From positions 177,682 to 241,681 of the IMG/VR virus record IMGVR_UViG_3300028805_002025: DNA of 64,000 bases; one strand, given 5' to 3'. This document shows, one piece after another, positions 58,748 to 64,000 of the stretch. The notes under the pieces are model-generated. The model searched no databases, was not told the origin of the DNA, and saw only the letters and a program-made list of their open reading frames with translations. The stretch comes from a virus (lineage: Duplodnaviria; Caudoviricetes). Every line of letters begins with the position of its first letter. Position 1 is the stretch's first letter. The translations under genes were made by a program, and so were the position numbers.

Positions 58748-58784
58748 AATGGCATTAATTCATGATGGTTAATGCCATTTTTTT
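58748..58784 (+). terminator. Intrinsic terminator
   Basis: AATGGCATTAA / TTAATGCCATT plus T-run. Confidence 0.75.
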
Positions 58785-58787
58785 ACA

Positions 58788-58912
58788 CATCAAAAAGGCA
58801 CACGAAGATTTTCATGTGAGAAAATGTGAAAGAAAGTGTGTTGGAATTACACAGATTTGCCTTTGATGGAATATTTAGTAATATAAAATAAGTGGAGAAA
58901 GCAAATCTCTAC
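58788..58912. ncRNA. Candidate structured leader RNA
   Basis: Three-way junction plus a downstream hairpin, found by manual pairing (see findings). Confidence 0.35.
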
Positions 58913-58932
58913 AATTATAAATATCACCAGAC

Positions 58933-59706
58933 ATGCCAGAAATTTGTGTAACCGAAGAAAAAGTTAAGAAAAAGAGAGGCAGAAAGCCATCCAAGGAAAG
59001 AAAAGGCTACTTCTATGAGCGTGAAGAGCAGGCTGTAGTTGACTACATTTCAAGTGATAATGAGAGGGAGAGAAACCAGATTTTTAATACCATCTTGAAG
59101 CCAGCCTTCACGAAGATGATAGAATCAATTATTAGAAGATATAACCTTTACCCACCAGACGAAGAGTTCCAGGAGACTTTCGACGACACCATTTCATTCC
59201 TCATGACAAAGCTTTCATGCTTTGACCCTACCACCAATTATAAGGCATATTCATACTGTGGTACAATATGCAAGAACTATCTCATCTACAAGATTAACCA
59301 GTTTACGAAGAACCAGAAAAGAAACACGTCATACGACAATCCGTTTGACAGTTCCCAGGGTGGTTTCAATGATGATATAAGGTATTCCTACAATGACTAT
59401 GACACTGCGAAAACCTTCATGTCAGAACTGACTGGAAACACGGTTGAAAGCATTAGGAAGATTCTTGACGATGCTGAGAGGCTTAGACTCAATGCAAATG
59501 AGAAGAAGGTAGGTCTCGCACTCATCCAGCTTATGACAAACTGGGAGGAATTGTTTGCACAGATGGGTAGCAACAAGTTCAACAAGAGTTCCATCTTGTT
59601 GTACCTTAAGGAGACCACCATGCTCAATACGAAGGAGATAAGGGATGCCATTAGGGTGTATAAGAAAAAATACTATGACGTTAAATGGAATCTTATCAAT
59701 GAATAA
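58933..59706 (+). CDS. Phage sigma factor (gp55-like, late transcription)
   Basis: YF...EQAV..Y, KMIESII, FDP...KAYSYCGTICKNYLI resemble sigma region 2 of gp55-like proteins. Confidence 0.7.
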   Translation: MPEICVTEEKVKKKRGRKPSKERKGYFYEREEQAVVDYISSDNERERNQIFNTILKPAFTKMIESIIRRYNLYPPDEEFQETFDDTISFLMTKLSCFDPTTNYKAYSYCGTICKNYLIYKINQFTKNQKRNTSYDNPFDSSQGGFNDDIRYSYNDYDTAKTFMSELTGNTVESIRKILDDAERLRLNANEKKVGLALIQLMTNWEELFAQMGSNKFNKSSILLYLKETTMLNTKEIRDAIRVYKKKYYDVKWNLINE

Positions 59707-59735
59707 TCCGAACAGCAATATTTATAACAAAAACA

Positions 59736-60137
59736 ATGCCTAAATTAAAGATAGAATTAAACGACATACAGAATATTAGGGACCTGTTGCGGGAGACATA
59801 CAGACTCGCTGATGAACAGATTATACAGTCTCAGAACGAGATAAACAAGTTGTCTACTGCAACAAATCTACAGGAAGAACCGATGGAGGCCAAGGCAAAA
59901 TATGCCAAGGCAATCAACGACTATATGGGTATAAAGGACAAGGCTATAGCAAAGAAGCTTGATATAGCTAAACTGCTTACAGATATTCTACACCATAACG
60001 GTGATGTCAAGAGTGCCCTCGAAAACGGAGAGGCAGTGAAGAACGTGTCATTCAATTTCGAAGACATTAGAAAGATTGTGGATGACTCATTAAATGAACA
60101 GGAACAAACTAAGAAAATACAGCTCACTAAGAAGTAA
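59736..60137 (+). CDS. Hypothetical helical protein
   Basis: ATATTTAT at 59718-59725; first gene of a late operon. Confidence 0.7.
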   Translation: MPKLKIELNDIQNIRDLLRETYRLADEQIIQSQNEINKLSTATNLQEEPMEAKAKYAKAINDYMGIKDKAIAKKLDIAKLLTDILHHNGDVKSALENGEAVKNVSFNFEDIRKIVDDSLNEQEQTKKIQLTKK

Positions 60138-62317
60138 TGGCTAGTCTAAAGAACACACAGCAAGAGACGATGGCGACCATTGACACCGCCAAGGCGTTGA
60201 CAGACAAGGTGCTTACAATCCTTACCATAATGCTTGAAAGCCCTTCTATATCAATCACCTTTGCTACCAATCCTATCGGTTTCCTCTTACAGATACTTGA
60301 AAGTCTTGGCGTTAAGCGTGAAAGACTTGAAGAATTCTTGACAAGGATTCTGATATACGTCGTACCAGCTCTTGAGATAAGTGTTAAGGCAATCCTTCTT
60401 ACCAATCTTAAGAAGATGATTTCCTGTTCAATAGACCCAAGAATACCAGACAAATACAGGAAACGCCACAAGCAGGTTACTGACTCAAACACCATGAATA
60501 TGTATGGTATTGACATTAATATCGAATCCATAGATATGATGGATAAGTTGTCTGTCAATCCATTATCAGATGATGGCAAAAACAAGTATTTCGGGCTTGA
60601 GGGTGTTAGTGATGTATATAAGTTTGCAAGAGCTGATGATTTCGATGCATTCCTTTGGTTTGTAATACATAAAGGTAGTTTTCCACACTCATCACAGATT
60701 AGTGTTGATAATTCAACCTTTAATGACCAGATACATGGTCTTGGAAATGGTGGAATACAAGCAAATGTGACACCAGCAAATGGTACGTTGCTTTCTGAGC
60801 TTAATATTCAGATTCCTGCTGGTAGTAGTAAGATACTTCCAGGAAATACTTTTAGATACCCTACAAGCAGTCCTAACATTATCTCCATGTGTATTGATGC
60901 ACAGCGTGATGAGAACAACAATATAGTAAGGAATACACTTGTGCCTGTATCAGATGATAGAACTAGTGTAAACTGGTATATCAGACGTGCCGACCAGTTG
61001 GGTAAAAACCTTGGGTTTGGATGGCACTATGACAAGAAATCTGGTACTGTAAACGCCAATAAGTCAAGGGATTACTCTAAGGAGAGAGCTATATGTAACC
61101 TTCAGTTCATGGATGCTGTTGCAGATACTCCTATAACTGGATTGGTAAACAACAAAATAAGATTTACGATACTTCCAAAGCCGCTTGTACATATTCCAGA
61201 TATTGGTAATGGAGAGCCACCTTGGAGATTCAAGAGAATGCTCTTCAATGCACAGGGTGAATACGACCCTAACGGAAAGTATACAATAGTTGACCAAGAC
61301 AGTACTTCAGATACGTATGCTGGAGGTGCTGTTAAAATAGACAAGAAGAGTGGTAAGGTTACTACAACCCCAGCTGATTTGATACCGCAGCTTATAGAGT
61401 GCTATCCAGGTCTTACCGTCTACGAATTTAACTATGACTATATAATGGGTATGAAGTTGTTTGATGCCAAGGTATTGGTAAAGACACTCATAGATACATT
61501 ATGTGGCATAAGGGCTGGAATCAATTTGAGCATATCGCCTAAGCACGAGGACGGTACTGAACAAATAAAGGAAATTATAAGACAGATTATCAACAGTGAT
61601 GATTCTGAGATAAATGACTGTTATTTCACCTTTGATAATAGCAAGTACGATGCATTGTTGCAGAAAGCCCAGGAGAAGAGAGCAAGACAGCAAAAGTTCG
61701 GCAAAATAACAAAGGAAGTTGGCGTGTTCGACTCAGTTGATGAAATACTTGCTGAATATGATACTAAGACTGACCTACATGAGCGTGCTGATGTACTTCA
61801 TAGGGCTATTACGCAGGCTAGTGTAATAATCAGTGAAGGCAGTGATGACAAGGATAAAATAGAGGTACAGTATAGCTTTGTCTTTGACCTCATAGAGAAC
61901 CTTATAATGGCAATTATGAATGCCATACTTAGCCCTAAGCTTATGATGCTTCTTGAGGTCAACCAGCAGCTGATGGGTGGAACATGGGAGAAGATTACCT
62001 TCAACGATATCCTCATAGCCATGAGGAGCATAATCGTATCGATTGTGAAGGAAGTCGTTGACTTGATAATCCAGGAGCTTCTGAAATTCGTCATGGAAGA
62101 GCTTCGTCCAATATTCGAAATGTTCACCTCAATCATCGTTAGAGAGAGACTTGAGGACATTGCAGAGGCTATGGAGGAGATTATACGTAACTGTCCTCTT
62201 ATATGGTTCAGATTCGGTAATCAAGACCTTGAGACCAAGCTTGATACCGTTGATTATGCTGATATTGATGTCAGCTCAAATAAGAAGGGAGAATCACCTT
62301 CAACTAATAACTGTTAA
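60137..62317 (+). CDS. Large hypothetical protein, probably baseplate/tail-associated
   Basis: 726 aa, in an operon with the baseplate spike gene; hydrophobic helical ends. Confidence 0.7.
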   Translation: MASLKNTQQETMATIDTAKALTDKVLTILTIMLESPSISITFATNPIGFLLQILESLGVKRERLEEFLTRILIYVVPALEISVKAILLTNLKKMISCSIDPRIPDKYRKRHKQVTDSNTMNMYGIDINIESIDMMDKLSVNPLSDDGKNKYFGLEGVSDVYKFARADDFDAFLWFVIHKGSFPHSSQISVDNSTFNDQIHGLGNGGIQANVTPANGTLLSELNIQIPAGSSKILPGNTFRYPTSSPNIISMCIDAQRDENNNIVRNTLVPVSDDRTSVNWYIRRADQLGKNLGFGWHYDKKSGTVNANKSRDYSKERAICNLQFMDAVADTPITGLVNNKIRFTILPKPLVHIPDIGNGEPPWRFKRMLFNAQGEYDPNGKYTIVDQDSTSDTYAGGAVKIDKKSGKVTTTPADLIPQLIECYPGLTVYEFNYDYIMGMKLFDAKVLVKTLIDTLCGIRAGINLSISPKHEDGTEQIKEIIRQIINSDDSEINDCYFTFDNSKYDALLQKAQEKRARQQKFGKITKEVGVFDSVDEILAEYDTKTDLHERADVLHRAITQASVIISEGSDDKDKIEVQYSFVFDLIENLIMAIMNAILSPKLMMLLEVNQQLMGGTWEKITFNDILIAMRSIIVSIVKEVVDLIIQELLKFVMEELRPIFEMFTSIIVRERLEDIAEAMEEIIRNCPLIWFRFGNQDLETKLDTVDYADIDVSSNKKGESPSTNNC

Positions 62318-62321
62318 TACT

Positions 62322-62690
62322 ATGGGTATATCACAGATTTGCCAGACTATAAAGAATTATTTCCAGAATGTAAGAACACCTTTCCCACAAGTTCCTAGGA
62401 TACTCCTTGTGTGCTCGATGATTAAGAGACCAGGACTTTCAGTCGTTAACTCAGTTTCCAACATTACAAAGGACTTGAATAGAATTGGAATACCTACTGG
62501 AACTATGCCAGATGGTAGTACTAACTTGACAATAGGGTTTACATACGCTGTTGTCAATGAGGTATACAGGGCTATAAGGAAGGATATGTCTATACAGGTT
62601 GGAATACAGCCAGGAACACTGAATATTGTAAGCGGACCTGGTGCTGGTACTAATGTTACTCCTGGAATAGGACTTGGCAGTGCTTATTAA
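62322..62690 (+). CDS. Hypothetical baseplate-associated protein
   Basis: ATG at 62322 just after the upstream stop (same frame as track ORF 62151..62690). Confidence 0.7.
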   Translation: MGISQICQTIKNYFQNVRTPFPQVPRILLVCSMIKRPGLSVVNSVSNITKDLNRIGIPTGTMPDGSTNLTIGFTYAVVNEVYRAIRKDMSIQVGIQPGTLNIVSGPGAGTNVTPGIGLGSAY

Positions 62691-62700
62691 TTGATTCAAT

Positions 62701-62892
62701 ATGAAAACGAAAGTAGATTTCACAAAGTTATCGAATGCTGAGATTAACCTAAAGATTATGGGTTATGAGAACGAATATAATGTCAAGAAGGATAAGATTC
62801 TTGGCTTGATAGCAGAGCTTCAAGAACTTGATGCCCTGTACATAGAGGCTAATAACGAACTTAAGAAAAGAGGAGTATTAAGCAATGAGTAA
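62701..62892 (+). CDS. Small coiled-coil protein
   Basis: 63 aa ORF overlapping the next start. Confidence 0.65.
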   Translation: MKTKVDFTKLSNAEINLKIMGYENEYNVKKDKILGLIAELQELDALYIEANNELKKRGVLSNE

Positions 62893-63811
62893 GGTTTTGA
62901 TAAAAATAGGCACTGTTGTCGAGATTGAGGACAAGAATTCTACCAATGGTGCTGACGCATTGAGGGTACGTGTAAAACTCAATGAGGATAAGTACGACGA
63001 GAGTAAACCAGTAGAAACCCTCCCTTGGGCTTTCCCACTCCTTCCTAAGACATTCCAGAGTGTTCCTAAGAAGGGTGAGGCTGTGCTTGTTATAGCAGAT
63101 GCCTTGGGTGAGTTCTCAGAGGGTCAGAGGTATTACATAGGTCCGCTTATCTCTCAACCACAGTACCATGAGTATTGCCCAGCAAAGGACGCAACAACAG
63201 TTCTCCAGGCTTCTAAAAACCTTCCCATAGGAAGAATATCTAGCAATGATGCCACAAGTGGTTCATTCCCTAAGGCAAATGACATTGCAATTGTTGGTAG
63301 GGGACAGGAAGATGTCATAACAAGATATGACGATGATTCAAACACAAGTGAGGTATCAATGAGGGCTGGAATACGTATGAAGTATGATGGTTCTACTACA
63401 GACTCAACACTTGGAGACGTTATATTCAATGATACAGACCCAGCATACATACAGCTCAAACATAAATACGGGCTTGCTACTGACCAGGATTATGCATGTG
63501 ATAGTGTTGTTAATATCGTTGCTGATTATATCAACATTATGAGTAATCATGATGAAGATGTAAAGGCAAGTATACATGATAAAAATACACTTGTCAACGA
63601 GGTTACTTTTGATAACACTGTTAAAAGTCTTCATCAAGTACCGAAGGGTGATAAACTTGTAGAGCTTCTTGAGATTATGAAGGGTGCAATCATGCACCAT
63701 GTACACCCTTGGGCTGGTATGGAGCAAAGTGGTGATAAACCAGGAGACATTAAGAAACTTGAAGGATATGATATAAAGTCAATCCTTTCAGACTTCGTTA
63801 GAATATCATAA
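62885..63811 (+). CDS. Baseplate central spike / hub protein (gp5/gpV-like)
   Basis: OB-fold pattern GTVV..ED...RVRV...LPWAFP...PKKGEAV; C-terminal HVH metal-binding apex motif. Confidence 0.75.
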   Translation: MSKVLIKIGTVVEIEDKNSTNGADALRVRVKLNEDKYDESKPVETLPWAFPLLPKTFQSVPKKGEAVLVIADALGEFSEGQRYYIGPLISQPQYHEYCPAKDATTVLQASKNLPIGRISSNDATSGSFPKANDIAIVGRGQEDVITRYDDDSNTSEVSMRAGIRMKYDGSTTDSTLGDVIFNDTDPAYIQLKHKYGLATDQDYACDSVVNIVADYINIMSNHDEDVKASIHDKNTLVNEVTFDNTVKSLHQVPKGDKLVELLEIMKGAIMHHVHPWAGMEQSGDKPGDIKKLEGYDIKSILSDFVRIS

Positions 63812-63839
63812 AAAATGCAGCCACTTCTGACTGCATTTT
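63811..63839. terminator. Bidirectional terminator
   Basis: AAAATGCAG / CTGCATTTT. Confidence 0.65.
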
Positions 63840-63879
63840 AAAATTATTTTGTGCCAACTGCGATGTTATTGCCAAAAAA

Positions 63880-64000
63880 TTACCATTTTTCAAAAATTTT
63901 TGTTATAAATGTATTTCTAACAATGTCATCATTTGAGAATTCATCGATTGAAACCCCTTCAACATCAAATAATTTATTTTTTGCATGTATTAAGCCACTA
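63880..64000 (-). CDS. phoH: 3' end of a PhoH-family ATPase (partial)
   Basis: Manual translation SGLIHAKNKLFDVEGVSIDEFSNDDIVRNTFITKIFEKW*, matching the SGL...F...DIVR C-terminus of PhoH. Confidence 0.75.
   Translation of the reverse strand, partial: SGLIHAKNKLFDVEGVSIDEFSNDDIVRNTFITKIFEKW

Noticed and set aside
58788-58868. Hammerhead ribozyme or tRNA
   Set aside because: No CUGAnGA core on either strand and no tRNA T-loop or cloverleaf
62151-62321. N-terminal extension of track ORF 62151..62690
   Set aside because: Overlaps the upstream gene; ATG at 62322 directly after the upstream stop is more plausible
646-63727. Many 60-260 aa ORFs antisense to or nested in long genes (for example 26157..26888, 33809..34603, 40442..41107)
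   Set aside because: Shadow ORFs produced by codon bias of the real genes; no motifs or promoters support them
200-63811. Stop-codon recoding (code 15 or 4)
   Set aside because: Long genes are intact in the standard code; TGA and one TAG end genes at sensible positions

Overview
This 64 kb window is part of a large, AT-rich, T4-like (contractile-tailed) jumbo phage genome read in the standard genetic code. The host is most likely Bacteroidota, because TTTG-N19-20-TAnnTTTG promoters precede the early genes. From left to right it holds a tail sheath gene, a tail completion-like gene, an ADP-ribosyltransferase-like gene and a family B DNA polymerase. A ~29 kb minus-strand cluster of 15 fibre/spike/adaptor genes follows, then a block of small late genes, glycosyltransferases, nucleotide-metabolism genes (dUTPase, IMPDH/GMPR, degenerate HD and HAD proteins), a gp55-like late sigma factor, baseplate genes and the 3' end of phoH. 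Four patterns stand out. (1) About ten unrelated late proteins share an amphipathic peptide (IxLTExDLxxIVxExVxxIL-x-E) that looks like a capsid-targeting and protease-cleavage signal for loading diverse cargo, including the ART domain. (2) The fibre genes carry matching short N- and C-terminal motifs that read like a plug-and-socket code for a branched fibre network. (3) The late promoter element ATATTTAT(A) is the reverse complement of the T4 late promoter. (4) A structured, alternatively pairing leader with an antisense promoter sits in front of the late sigma gene. All functional calls come from reading motifs by eye; no database searches were run.
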